This document shows, in pieces, positions 37,140 through 50,640 of a stretch of DNA of 64,000 bases. The notes beneath the pieces are model-generated. The model worked only from the letters and a program-made list of their open reading frames with translations. It had not been told where the DNA came from and ran no database searches. Location of the stretch: positions 10,974,001-11,038,000 of the forward strand of contig OZ176051.1 in NCBI GenBank assembly GCA_964247055.1, given 5' to 3'. Within the stretch, counting starts at the first letter, position 1. Each line of letters opens with the position of its first letter. Made by a program: the position numbers and the translations under genes. This DNA comes from Paragordius varius (lineage: Eukaryota; Animalia; Nematomorpha).

Positions 37140-37543
37140 TCAACCGAAGAGAAAAACTCTAATAAGTACTAAAAATAACCGAAACTAAGTAAACAATTAT
37201 AGCCTATCTGAAGCCGAAAGTTTAAACTACAAGATATTCTTTTAATATAAAATTATACGTGTTTAAAATTAGCTTTAAAAAAACACTAAATAACATTTAT
37301 ACCTGTGCAAATTTTTTCGATATCTAAATGACATAATTATATCCAAAAGATAAAGTTTCATTAAATGTTAATTTTATAATATAATAACTTTTTATTATAA
37401 AGTTATATTTGATTTTCTGCCCATTTTCTCTTGTTTTTAAAAAATTGAAAAACCTGTATTATTTCTAAATTCTGACTGTAATCTGTCAAAATTCAAAAAT
37501 TTGAGAGGTGGTGCTCGAAAAAGTCCAAATTTGTCGAGTAGTG
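37140..37543 (+). mobile_element. Second copy of the repeat at 1-465
   Basis: Shares motifs with 1-465 and has the same right terminus GTCGA.TAGTG. Confidence 0.6.
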
Positions 37544-37869
37544 TTTTATTTTTTAAAATAAATTGATACTCTTTAAACTTTGTGATTTTTATACCCCAGA
37601 GTTATTTAAATTTAAATAAAAAACTAGTAAAAAGTCCATACATACTTTTCGCCGTTGTTTTTTACTTTTTTTACAAAGAATCAATTAAAAGTAATTATGA
37701 TTAAAAATGTGAAGTTTAAAAATAAATTTTACTTGCAATTGATAATTATATATTAAATCAACTGTTTGTTAAATGTTTTAAAAAAATCCGAATCCGGCCC
37801 TCTAGCATTAAAAAACTGAAAATATAAGGTTTTCATAATGCAGTAGAACAGGGTTTGTATATATATATA

Positions 37870-38916
37870 CTAGCGTGAATCTCGTGCTGCTACGCAGCCC
37901 GAGGAAGTCCTTCGGACTTCTGGGGGGGAGTACGAATGCTATACATATGATAGATACTCCTTACTCAGCATCTATCCTCAAAGAAACGCTTGACTAAAAT
38001 TTTTGCCTTTTAACAGGCAATACGAAAAATCTTTCTCGAATTTTTACAGTCTCATACCGTGGGCAAAAAAATACAATCAAAAAATATTTTTGTGGACTTT
38101 GTTTTTTTTGAAAAAAATGGCATTTTACGGGGGTAGCGGGTAAAAAGAGGGCCTAAATCAAAAAAGTGATTCGACTATGTTCAGCGCGATCAAAATTAAG
38201 TAAACAAAATTCATTATTTGAAATTGAATGGTCCAACACGTTCTCCAAAAAATTGACTTAACCCATTTTTCACACGGGGTGGGCCCGAACTGGGGACCTT
38301 ATTTCAAAAAAGGGCGAAGCTATTGTCGGGGCATTCATTAATGATTATATTTTTTCGATATTTGGATTTGATTGGGTTAACCAGTTTTCCGGAAACAGAT
38401 CACAAAGCTATATGAAAAATCAGTTTTTAGCGGGTAGCTCCTTACCCAGCAGGTATCATCAAATAAACGGTGGACTAAAATTTTTGCCTTTTAACAGGGA
38501 ATACGTGGAATCTTTATTTAATTTTTACGGTCTCATACCTAGGGCGAAAAATCGATTTTGAAAATTGGCATTTTACGGGGGGAGCGGGTAAAAAGAGGGC
38601 CTAAATCAAAAAAGTGACTTGACTATATTCGGCGCAATCGAAATAAAGTAAACAAAAACATATTTGAAATTGAATGGTCCCACACGTTCTCCGGAAAATT
38701 GTCTCAAAACACGATTTTGTGGACTTCTGTTTTCAAAAAAAACCCGTTTTTCATACGGGGTAGGCCCGAACTGGGGGCCTACAAAAAAAGGGCGAAGCTA
38801 TTGTCGGGACATTTATTAATGATTATATTTTTTCGATATTTGGATTTGATTGGGTCTACCGGTTTTCCTGTACCAGATCACAAAGCCAGCATTTTCCATT
38901 TTTATAAATATATAGA
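37870..38916 (-). mobile_element. Non-autonomous Helitron with two tandem internal units
   Basis: The 5' TC is at 38916-38915, and the 3' CTAG is at 37873-37870 with the double hairpin. The A/T insertion site is intact, and the family is the same as 5907-6487. Confidence 0.85.
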
Positions 38917-38954
38917 TTACCATAAATAATGTATTAATATCCATATATATTTTA

Positions 38955-39926
38955 ACATGCTATACATATGATAGATACTCCTTACTCAGCATCTATCATC
39001 AAAGAAACGCTTGACTAAATTTTTGCCTTTTAACAGGCAATACGAAAAATCTTTCTCGAATTTTTACAGTCTCATACCGTGGGCAAAAAAATACAATCAA
39101 AAAAATATTTTTGTGGACTTTGTTTTTTTTTGAAAAAAATGGCATTTTACGGGGGTAGCGGGTAAAAAGAGAGCCTAAATCAAAAAACTGATTCGACTAT
39201 GTTCAGCGCGATCAAAAATAAGTAAACAAAATTCATATTTGAAATTGAATGGTCCAACACGTTCTCCAAAAAATTGACTTAACCCATTTTTCACACGGGG
39301 TGGGCCCGAACTGGGGACCTAATTTCAAAAAAGGGCGAAGCTATTGTCGGGGCATTCATTAATAATAATATTTTTTCGATATTTGGATTTGAATGGGTCT
39401 ACCAGTTTTCCGGTACCAGATGACAAAGCCACATGACGGATTAGTTTTTAGCGGGTAGCTCTTTCCCCAGCAGCTATCATCAAAGAAACGCTTGGCTAAA
39501 ATTTTTGCCTTTTAACAGGGAATACGTAGAATCCTTATTAAATTTTTACGGTAGGCGAAAAATAGATTCAAAAAATTATTTTTGTGGACTTTGTTTTTTG
39601 AAAAAATGGCATTTTACGGGGGGAGCGGGTAAAAAGAGGGCCTAAATCAAAAAAGTGACTCGACTATGTTCGGCGCAATCGAAAATAAGTAAACAAAAAT
39701 CATATTTGAAATTGAATGGTCCAACACGTTCTCCAAAAAATTGACTTAACCCATTTTTCATACGGGGTAGGCCCGAACTGGGGGCGTTTTTCAAAAAAAA
39801 GGCGATGGTATTGTCGGGACATTTATTAATGATTATATTTTTTCGATATTTGGATTTGATTGGGTCTACCGGTTTTCCTGTACCAGATCACAAAGCCAGC
39901 ATTTTCCATTTTTATAAATATATAGA
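38955..39926 (-). mobile_element. Helitron copy with two units, 3' hairpin end missing
   Basis: The 5' end TCTATATATTTATAAAAATGGAAAATGCTGG is at 39926. The first unit is nearly identical to ~37935-38400. Confidence 0.8.
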
Positions 39927-40735
39927 TTATAACAACTTGTAAAACAGTAGTTTATTAGCAACTTTGGCCTGAGCTAGGAAATTAACCTAATAAGTAATCG
40001 TTTACTTAAAAGAAAAGGTAATGATGTGTTAAGGGTACATATGTAATATTAGTAGAAACAGCATTAAAACTCCTACAAGTATAATTTAATTATAATAATC
40101 AGAAAAATAGAAATATGCTTAAAATTTATTTTAAACTGCGCCAATATTATCGAAGATAATTTAACAGCAGAATAAATCATATAACATTTTATTACAAAAA
40201 TAGAAACAGCCGACTGAAATTTTTTGGTGTTATTGACGTTGACCTATAATTTTTAGATTTTAAAAGCGGTTGATCTATTACCAACTAATTAATACTAAGT
40301 TGTGCTAAACAATCTAGTGGTATTTCTAAAATTTAGCTGTATATATCGTTCTTTTAAAATAACATCTCCTAAATTTCTAATTGATTATTTTTAGGTAATT
40401 TTAGTAAAGGTTATATTTTAATACTTTTTTTTACATTTCTAGTATATCTGAAATAAATTATTTAACAATAGGTAAAATTGCATCGCAAAAATTTGAGAGA
40501 GATTTTTAAATATCCGAAAAATTAGTGACGGTAGTCATACCTCCTAAGATAAGGGGCATTAACAAGGATTGCACTGGGCTGTGTGGAGTACCGAGCGTTT
40601 GCGGATCCAGGGCCATAAACTCTTATGGCGGCCCCTTCCTCCTCTATTTGAAAGCCATAAAACATTTAATTTAATACAAGCTATACAGCCTAAACACAAT
40701 AGACAACGGCTTGAACAGTCTACATCAAATATATA

Positions 40736-42444
40736 GAGGGCCTAAATTAAAAAAACGAGACGACTATGTTCGGCGCAATCGAAAATAATTAAACAAAAAT
40801 CATATTTGAAATTGAATGGTACACGATTTTTGTGGACTTCTGTTTTCAAAAAAACCCATTTTCACGGAGTGGGCCCGAACTGGGGGCCTATTTCAAAAAA
40901 GGTCGAAGCTATTGTCGGGGCATTCATTAATGATTAAATTTTTTCGATGTTTAAATTTGATTGGGTTCACCGGTTTTCCGGAAACAGATCACAAAGTTAT
41001 ATGAAAAATCAGTTTTTAGCGGGTAGCTCCTTACCCAGCAGGTATCATCAAATAAACGGTGGACTAAAATTTTTGCCTTTTAACAGGGAATACGTGGAAT
41101 CTTTATTTAATTTTTACGGTCTCATACCTAGGGCGAAAAATCGATTTTGAAAATTGGCATTTTACGGGGGGAGCGGGTAAAAAGAGGGCCTAAATCAAAA
41201 AAGTGATTCGACTATGTTCAGCGCGATCAAAATTAAGTAAACAAAATTCATTATTTGAAATTGAATGGTCCAACACGTTCTCCAAAAAATTGACTTAACC
41301 CATTTTTCACACGGGGTGGGCCCGAACTGGGGACCTTATTTCAAAAAAGGGCGAAGCTATTGTCGGGGCATTCATTAATGATTATATTTTTTCGATATTT
41401 GGATTTGATTGGGTTAACCAGTTTTCCGGAAACAGATCACAAAGCTATATGAAAAATCAGTTTTTAGCGGGTAGCTCCTTACCCAGCAGGTATCATCAAA
41501 TAAACGGTGGACTAAAATTTTTGCCTTTTAACAGGGAATACGTGGAATCTTTATTTAATTTTTACGGTCTCATACCTAGGGCGAAAAATCGATTTTGAAA
41601 ATTGGCATTTTACGGGGGGAGCGGGTAAAAAGAGGGCCTAAATCAAAAAAGTGACTTGACTATATTCGGCGCAATCGAAATAAAGTAAACAAAAATCATA
41701 TTTGAAATTGAATGGTCCCACACGTTCTCCGGAAAATTGTCTCAAAACACGATTTTGTGGACTTCTGTTTTCAAAAAAAATCCGTTTTTCATACGGGGTA
41801 GGCCCGAACTGGGGGCCTACAAAAAAAGGGCGAAGCTATTGTCGGGACATTTATTAATGATAATATTTTTTCGATATTTGGATTTGAATGGGTCTACCGG
41901 TTTTCCGGTACCAGATGACAAAGCCACATGATGGATTAGTTTTTAGCGGGTAGCTCTTTCCCCAGCAGCTATCATTAAAGAAACGCTTGACTAAAATTTT
42001 TGCCTTTTAACAGGGAATACGTAGAATCCTTATTAAATTTTTACGGTAGGCGAAAAATAGATTCAAAAAATTATTTTTGTGGACTTTGTTTTTTGAAAAA
42101 ATGGCATTTTACGGGGGGAGCGGGTAAAAAGAGGGCCTAAATCAAAAAAGTGACTCGACTATGTTCGGCGCAATCGAAAATAAGTAAACAAAAATCATAT
42201 TTGAAATTGAATGGTCCAACGCGTTCTCCGGAAAATTGTCTCAAAGACACGATTTATGTGGACTTCTGATTTAAAAAAACCCGTTTTTTACACGGGGTGG
42301 GCCCGAACTGGGGGCCTAATCGAAGCTATTGTCGGGGCCTTCATTAATGATTATATTTTTTGATATTTGGATTTGAATGGGTTTACCGGTTTCCGGAAAC
42401 AGATCACAAAGCCAGTATTTTCCATTTTTTTTTAAATATATAGA
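40736..42444 (-). mobile_element. Helitron copy with more than three tandem units (satellite-like array)
   Basis: The 5' TC is at 42444. The marker GGCATTTTACGGGG recurs at 41156, 41604 and 42103, giving spacings of 448 and 499 bp. Confidence 0.8.
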
Positions 42445-42599
42445 TATATATACACGATAATAAGCAAATTATTTATATAAAATAATTACACATTAATTTT
42501 CGTTGCATAAATTAAAGATGAATAGCGAACAATAACACTCATGATTAAAAAACTATTGTAAATTTAGGCGGATTTTAGTATAGATTTTAACAGAGCTTT

Positions 42600-43760
42600 G
42601 AATTATAACTTATTTAATTCAATTAAAATAAGTATATAAATGAGTTGAAAAGAGACAAAAAAGAAGACTGCTAAATATCTAATTTATTGATTAGAATATA
42701 ATATTGCGAAACGATCGATGATGAAATATTTTACATTGAATCCAAGGATTGTGAAACGTCAGATCCCAACACCAAACCATGATACCACTTATCTTTACTA
42801 AAACTTTCAGGACCCAATTATGAAGAATATATAGGAAACATAAAATCTCATAGATCATATTACATTTAACCCAATATCCAAAATAAGATTATACTTCTTG
42901 GCATGTTTGGTATTTATTAATTGTTTCAAAAAGAAAGTTGCTATATAAAATCCCTTTTAAGGGTTTTAATTATATAATAATGCAATTTCAATTTAAAAGA
43001 TAATAAAAATTTAAATATGGGTTATATTCAGTTATCAAATGTGAATCTCAATGCAATGATAAAGCAGTGATGTTGGAAATTCCAGTGTTCAACAAAGACT
43101 TATGGAAAAAAGAGCAATATTTGTCAACTGTAGCAATCATTCTTTGAACTTAGTATGATTCAAGGTAGCAAAACAAGATGGTATTTTAGTGACCTGTTTT
43201 GAAATAATTGATAATATTTATCTTTTTCTGTCGCGTTCAACTATTAGATGGGATTTATTAATAAATAAACAAGAAAATATTAGCGTGAATCAACCCGATA
43301 GAGCGCTAAATTCAAGTTGATAATGCCATTGTTGAGGGAATAGATTTGTAGCTATTAGAAGATTTTAGTTATCAATAGAAGGGCATCTATTTAACTTCGG
43401 AGTGTTTTAAATTTAAATTTTTTAACATTAATTTTTTCTGGCATATAATACTTAGAGGAATCGATAGGGTTCAACATAAATTGCAAAATTTCAAAATTAA
43501 TTTAAATAAACCATTTAAGGACCTTGAATCCTTAGTCGTATAATTATCAAATACTCGGAATAAACTTTGCGAGGAAGCCATAGAAACGCTAATATATGTT
43601 ATAACTTGGATGTTTTTATACTAATCCGTGCTAGAAAGACAAATAATTCTCAGAATACTTACATGAATGTTGTTGAATTTTTCATGATTAATAATTTATA
43701 AAAAAAAATATTAGGCGCCTGCACATGTTTTAAGAATTACTTATATTAATGTTGTTATTA
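42600..43760 (+). mobile_element. Highly decayed hAT-like transposase remnant
   Basis: The fragment YI*PNIQNKII resembles the hAT YxSxxIQNExI motif; the frames are broken. Confidence 0.3.
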
Positions 43761-44088
43761 TTGCATAATTTAAAATTTATATAAATAAATGATAAGGCAC
43801 TCTTAATGAGGCCGGCATGATGCTCTCCCTTGCTCACCCCTTCTCACGCCTACGCTTTTTGTTATAAAAAGCCACTTAAAATATTATAAAAATGCTTTTT
43901 CTATTTTTTATTCAGAATTTTGATATAAAGATTCGTTTTTTACCAATTAATTTTAATAAATTTCGGTTTATTAAGAATATGGAGCAGTAATGATATAGCT
44001 CAGAAATATTTTATGTAGAAAAGTTGTTATACTATTTTATGTGTTAATATACGCTTTCTAGCCCCAAACTACGAACGAGTTATTTTAA

Positions 44089-44663
44089 CACTTCGATTCA
44101 AATTGGGGTATCTAAATACCACAGACTAAATTTAAATTAATATTTTGGAAAAACTACTGAAGCAAACGGTCCCAATTTAAATTTATGCTTCTATCCTGAT
44201 AAATATTATATAAATAACATCTTGATAAAATTTTGTTTTGAAAAAAAAGCTCCATCTCAAACTACTTCGACGCTATTTTTATTTTAAAAATTTTTTGCAA
44301 AATATCGTCTTTATTTAATTTTAAGGGTAAAACTAAAGCTAATTTTTTATATAAATTACATCTAACATTGATAGAAATAGAAAAAGCGGTTTAGTTTGTA
44401 TAATTTTTCAATTTTTCAATTTGACACATGCCACGTTGACGAAATTTTTACCTTCCGGTTTTAGCTTAAAATAATTGATATCAAGTATTTTTGAATAAAA
44501 TTTTTTATATATTTCGGTTTATTAATGTTAGATAAGTGCAAAATTTTGCCATGGTTTCGATTCCCTCTATATTTTTTAAAGAATTTAATTTTAAACAGGC
44601 CTGGGGTATCCAACTACCCCAATTTGAATCGAAGGACTAAAATGAGTGTGTTGTATCCAAGTG
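44089..44663 (-). mobile_element. TTAA-flanked MITE (same family as 18250-18797, inverted)
   Basis: TTAA lies at 44085-44088 and 44664-44667, and the sequence is the reverse complement of 18250-18797. Confidence 0.8.
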
Positions 44664-45161
44664 TTAATAATGCAAAACACCTACCGATTTAGCTATTCAA
44701 ATTTTATTTATATTAATATTAACAAAACAATAAATATATTTAGCATAACGCATGCTTTTGTAAATTCGAGATATAATCTACATTTTCTTAACTCAAGCAA
44801 ATTCTTAGAAATCCGGTCAAAATAAACATAATTTTATTTAATTTAAGAATTTCATTTTAGAAGGCGGGTTTTTGTGGACGATTAGATCGTTGTTGTATCA
44901 TAAGCGGGTGGATTAGCGAATCTACCTTTTATCAAAATTGATTTTAAATTTTCGACCACAAAGAAATGATAAGGAGTGTCAATAGCAAGATTTACTTTTC
45001 CAGCGCGAGCTATCGGTGAATAATTATATACATCACCAGATCCCAATATTGTTACGGAAAACCTAACTGTGTGATCAATGTGTGAAATTTTGCCAATTTC
45101 TTGTGGTTTCCCTTTTTCTTTGGGAAACAGCAAATCTAGTTTACTAAATATCAATTATATG

Positions 45162-45197
<36 letters not shown>

Positions 45198-45859
45198 ATA
45201 ATGAAACAAACAACAGTTTAAAATGGTATTAGGATTGTATTAATATTGAATGAACTTAAAATTATCTAATTTGGGGTCTTAATGCATACCCGTCCAAAAC
45301 CTTCAGATTTCGGATATTTTAAAATTTTATCATAAAAACCTAACTAAAACGTTTCAAAATAATAAATTGTTTAACAAAATCGGTGACAAATTATAGCTAT
45401 AACTTTTTATACGTTATTAAGTAATGGAGTTATCGAGTATAAATAATTGCAATATAATTGGCCGTAATAATCCGAGCTTACTTAATGTTTTTCCCGAAAA
45501 ATCAAAATTTTCGAACCAAAACTTTGTGATAATTGTTTTTAATGAAAATTATTATCATGATGTTGACTCCGGCATAACACAGATGTTTGACTGTTGAGCC
45601 TGTATACACTTTTGCGCATACCTTCAGTTTTCTAAAAACAACTTAAATGAGGGGTTTTTAAGGCAAATATTGTTTAGTTTTATAGCATTGGATTAGATTA
45701 ATCACTTGCCCTAGAATTTGTGATAAAAATATTTGATTTATCTTGAGTATATAATGAAAAAGTATATGTATTAAAGCTGATGTATTTTATTTTACTAAAT
45801 CATAAAGAGACGAACAAAATTGACACCATGCGCAACAATTTTACATTAATCAAAAAAAA

Positions 45860-45912
45860 TAGTATTTTGGTTAGATAATTATCTAATAGATAATTATCTA
45901 ACCAAAATACTA
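45860..45912. repeat. Perfect 53-bp palindrome
   Basis: TAGTATTTTGGTTAGATAATTATCTA-A-TAGATAATTATCTAACCAAAATACTA. Confidence 0.95.
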
Positions 45913-45934
45913 TAATGTATGCAATTTCTCAGTC

Positions 45935-47000
45935 AAAAAAAATTTTTTTTTAAACGCAGCATTTTTTCCAGGATTGCGTTTGCATTTTTCAAGCAACGAA
46001 ACTTTAAAGCAAATCAACATTCCAATCGCAATATTATTTTAAAACGCAACCTTTTTTTAAACAAAGTTTTAGAAGCAAAAGCAACATTTTAAACTTAAAG
46101 ACATTTTTATTTCAAGACAATAAATTATTAGAAATTCATTTAATTTTAAGTAATGATTGATTAAATTTTAGCTTTGAATTATTTTTATTGTTTTTATCAA
46201 TATTTGTTCGTAAAATCTTCAAACATTTTAATTTTGCCCATAAATAATATTAGGTTATGGCTAATAGAATGTTTGAAAATTATTTTACCATCAAATATTG
46301 ATAATTTTAAAATAATTTTTCAACGCTCTTAACTAATTATAATTAAAATATACTTAATAAAAATAGGCAAATAGTAAAATTTTTAAAAAAATTGTTGCTT
46401 TTGCTTGAAAAAGTTGTCTTTTGAAAAAATGTTGCGTTTGCTTGAGCAAAGACAACATTTTTTCAAGCAAAGACAATATTTTTTTAGTAATCACAAAAAA
46501 CGTACATTTTTTAAGCAAAGGCAAAATTTTTTTAACCAAAGACAACATTTCGAAGCAAAGGAAACAATTTTATAAGCAAAGGAAACAATTTAATTAAAAA
46601 TAAAAACAGTTTCATTAAATTTAAAACATTTTTTTATTTTAATTTAATTAAATATAAGTATTTATTTAATTTTAAGTTAATTAGCGTTGAATTAAGGTTT
46701 TTGTTTTTCATCAATATTTGATGGTGATTTTCAATTATTTTAATTTTACCCATAATCATAATTAATTATATTTAAATATTTTTTTCTTTTACAACTTTGG
46801 TTTCACCTATAATCAATTACAATTTGCGTCAAGAGTGTCCTTAATTATTTAAAGTTGGTCCTTGGACCTTCAAATTGGTCCTCAATTTAATTTTGGTTTT
46901 AATTTTTATTAATGCAATAAAATACTCATCTAAATTATCATTTTAATATTCTATATTTAACCTAAACTTTTAAATGAACAACTTTTTTTCATAATCCGTT
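45935..47000. mobile_element. Rearranged arms of the 21-bp-repeat foldback family (in serpin A intron 3)
   Basis: AAACGCAACATTTTTT and CAAAGACAACATTTTTT units occur in both orientations, with the same inner-arm motif (TTGCGTCAAGAGTGTCC, GGTCCTTGGACC) as 5300-8156. Confidence 0.7.
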
Positions 47001-47439
47001 TTATTATTGTCTCTATAAAATTTAAATAAAATATCTAACTTTGTGGGTTATTGATTGTAAAATTTAGTTTAACATTAGTTTCTAATATTATTATAGTTCT
47101 TAAATTGTTTTTAAATAAAAATTTATGAATAAAAAAACTAATGATCAGGATACTAGGTTAAATTTAACAAAATGGATAATTACATCCAAAAATAACGGTG
47201 GTATGCAAACTGCAAAAAATGTAGGGATCAACTTTATGTTAAGACAACTTTAAATGTTCTAGAACACTCTTGCAACAAATTGTATGGATTGATTATAGAT
47301 GTAACTAATAGAAAAAAAATTAATATAATTAAAGAATAAAATTTATCGGCGAAATTAAAATGTTTGAAAATCGATTTACCAAATATTGATGATAACACAA
47401 AAATCATAATTTAACGCTAAATAATACTTGGATATATTC

Positions 47440-47945
47440 ATTATACTTCGATTTTAGGGTACTTTACCCCAGGCTTGTTTATATTTTAATATTTTAAAAA
47501 ATATGGAATAAATTGAAACCATGGCCAAGGTTTCCACTTATATGACATTAATGAACCGAAATATGAAAAAAAAAATATTCAAAAAAATTTGATATTACTT
47601 ATTGAGGGGTAAAACCCAGAGGTAACAATTTAACCAACATGACATGTGTTGAGCTAAATATAAAAATAATGCAAATGATACGACTCTTTCTGTTTATCAA
47701 TTTTAAATGTGATTTTAAAAAGTAAACTTAATTTTGGGCTTAAAATAAATACAAAATTTTAAAATGATGTGAAATATAAATTGCGTCCAAGTAGTTTAAA
47801 AACTATTATTTAGATATATTGGCTTATTTATAGAATTGATATTAGGATAGAAGCATAAATTTATATTGAAACCGTTTCTTTCTGTAGTTTTTTAAAAATA
47901 TAAACTTAAATATTGTATGAGGTATTAAATATCCCAATTTGGATA
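47440..47945 (+). mobile_element. Older, degenerate copy of the TTAA MITE family
   Basis: ACTTCGATTTTAGGG...TACCCCAGGCTTGTTT and GATAGAAGCATAAATTTATATTGA motifs are shared with 18250-18797. Confidence 0.55.
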
Positions 47946-50159
47946 AAAGTTTAATTACATTAACTTAAAATTAAATAAATAATCAATATATAACTAAAGC
48001 GTTGTAAAATAAAAAATATTGATTATAATTTTAAAAAAATTGTTGCTTTTGATTAAAATAATGTTGTGTTTGGTTGAAAAAATGTTGTTATTGCATGGTG
48101 TATACAAGCAATATGTATTAATATATAAAAACACATTTCTTCAAAATCTGATTTTTCCGAGATAAATTATTTGCATGTATTCCCTTAATAAAATGTATGA
48201 TTTATAGCTGTATAATTTCTTTAATAACCAATTAAATGTTTACTTCTTATGGCACGTGAGTTCCTTGGAAAAAAGATCCATCATATTAAAATTTGTTTGA
48301 AGGTCCATAAAAACACATACACTTCCTGTATACAGTATACTGTTCAAATTTGCGTTTCTTTATTTGGTGAATAACGTTGGGAAACGCCTTAAGTGTTGTC
48401 TCAAGACGATTAGTATCATGGTCATTTGGTATTAAATACACCATTTTATATTTTTTTCGATATGAGATTAGGACGACTTTGGATCTGAGGTCTCTACAAT
48501 GACCTGATTGATAATTTATTCTTTTCCCAGATAAAATTTCAACTGGAACAGGAATCTTTTCATTGAAAAAAAGGTTAGCAGCACTCCACATTTATTTAAT
48601 AAATATGAATCTTGAGGCAGCATATAAGGAAAATTTTTAATTAAATGATTACACCCTATATAACTAAATTTAGTTTCAACGTTCTGTAATTTTTTTTCTT
48701 TTATGTCTTACAAATGAAATAAATTCTAAGCTTTTTATTAGATATATAAGTATTAAAAAATAAACGCTGTCTGATATACGACGTCAGAATTACAAAGATA
48801 TAGAAATAAATGGAAAGCTGTTTGTAGAAAAGCGTCATAATTATTTTATCTGACCTGATTTTAACATTATAATTTTAAAGCGATAGATAAGTGTTGTGTT
48901 TTTTTGATTCAATTAAATTACCGAAAATATCTTACTAAAAAATATTTTTTATGCACACTTAATATATGCACCCAAATCACCTGTTAAAACTATTTAATAA
49001 ACAGTTCATGAAAAACAGACCACCTCCAATCGTATATATACTGCTAGTGTTAATGATTCCTTTAGCCGGTTCAGAAAAGCGTTTAAAATGTCCTCCAAAC
49101 TCTCGAGTATAGTATTCATTTAGTAAATCGATGATGATATATGTTGGTGTACTATATCCAGATAAATACGATCTAAAAGATGGCAGTAACCATTTTTCCG
49201 CGCGACCTGTTAAGGGTGCATCGTGCTTTTAGGGTCAATGTTGATACGATTTAAAAGGCTCAGTTGAGTAGGTAACAAGACCTGCATTATATGGGACCTT
49301 TTTCAAGATATTATTAAGTTCTTTGCAGCCGGATACAGGTAGTATTCCTTTTGTATTGGGACAAGTTGAAGGAAATTGAACCAACCCAAGACCCAGTTGT
49401 AAACCCCCAGGTGAGAAAACGTAATCCACATCGGTGTTATTTAAAACACTATTCAATGATACTTGATTGGTTAAAATAGCCTTTATTAATTATAAATTTT
49501 TATATAGCAAAATATTTAGATGGTATTATTTGAATTTTATGAAAATATATCACAATAGGAATTTATATATAGAAAATTATTCTTACTTGCTCTCTCAATA
49601 AATCATATTTAAGTTTCTTTGGATCATCCATCCCATTAAAAGATATAGAAAGTGAAAAAATCTTAAAATATCAAAAGTTTCATGACTCTTTGTAAAATAA
49701 TAAGAAGAGTATGCGATTAATTTTTTGGCATCTTATATAATTAACCATTATATGGTGGTATTTGGTTTTTTTTATTTACAAAGCTAAGACGGCCAATATT
49801 TAGTTAGCATTTTTTATAGCTTTATAGGTTAATATATTTCGCATTTGAAACAGCCTGATAACTGATATAATCAAAAAAAGACATTACAGGCTCCATCTTG
49901 TTTTATGTAAACAAATATCAAATTTAACATTTTCTCGTCTAAACCACATTTTATATGAGTCATCACACCGTTTATTATATTCAATGGGCTTGCTAATATA
50001 TTATTGATAACGTTTGTGTATTTTAGCATATACATTAGATCAGTTCCACAAAATAATATATTAATAATAAATTTTAGTAGAATGAATAAAATAATCTATG
50101 GCAATTATTGCCTTGTAACATATGTAGTAAAAATATAATAACGTATTTTCATACAATTA

Positions 50160-50640
50160 TTGAACATTATACTTATACTGAGTATAGTTATAAATTATAA
50201 CCGTTATAGCTAAGTAAAGGCTTGAGCAAATACGCAGCCGATTAATTTTAAACCGTAGCCATTTTACTTATCTCAACCAAAACACACACAAGCTGAGTCC
50301 AAAAACTAGCGACCTATTTTCATCAATCATATAAATTAAATAAATTTATGAATTAATATGCAACGTATTCGCCAATTTAATATAAAAATAATTATTTTCA
50401 TCGTTAGTAGATGCTTATTTTTTATTTAATCTATCCAATGCGCATTTTCGTTAATACAATTATTTAACAGTATACTTATACTAGGCATAATCATAGTAAT
50501 ATTTCTTATAGCTAATGAGCGAAATTACGTAGGCGATTAATTTGACATCGACGCCATTTCACTCATATATTAGGTGAACAACACAGGCAGGTGAGTCTCA
50601 AAAACTAACCTCGTATTTTCTTCAAGTATATAAATTATTG
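50160..50640. repeat. Diverged tandem duplication, period ~300 bp
   Basis: TATACTTATACT...TTATAGCTAA...CGATTAATTT...GCCATTT.ACT...GAGTC.AAAAACTA...TATTTTC...ATATAAATTA occurs at ~50165-50340 and ~50470-50637. Confidence 0.6.

Larger units (their letters stand above)
44882..49683 (-). pseudogene. Serpin-like pseudogene A (paralog of 54160-56547)
   Basis: Four exons: 49587-49683, 48981-49480, ~48244-48585 and 44882-45143. There is a 1-bp deletion after MKLLI and several frameshifts in exon 2. The exon-3 acceptor reads TGTGG where paralogs have TGTAG, and a premature TAA follows DTTTI. Confidence 0.85.

Noticed and set aside
38699-41931. Repeated small ORFs (MSQNTILWTSVF and others) suggesting a tandem gene family
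   Set aside because: They are chance frames inside the Helitron satellite unit, with no consistent frame between units.
37870-42444. CRISPR array or rDNA spacer-like array
   Set aside because: The units are ~450-500 bp with no unique spacers, no cas or rRNA genes are present, and the ends are Helitron-like.
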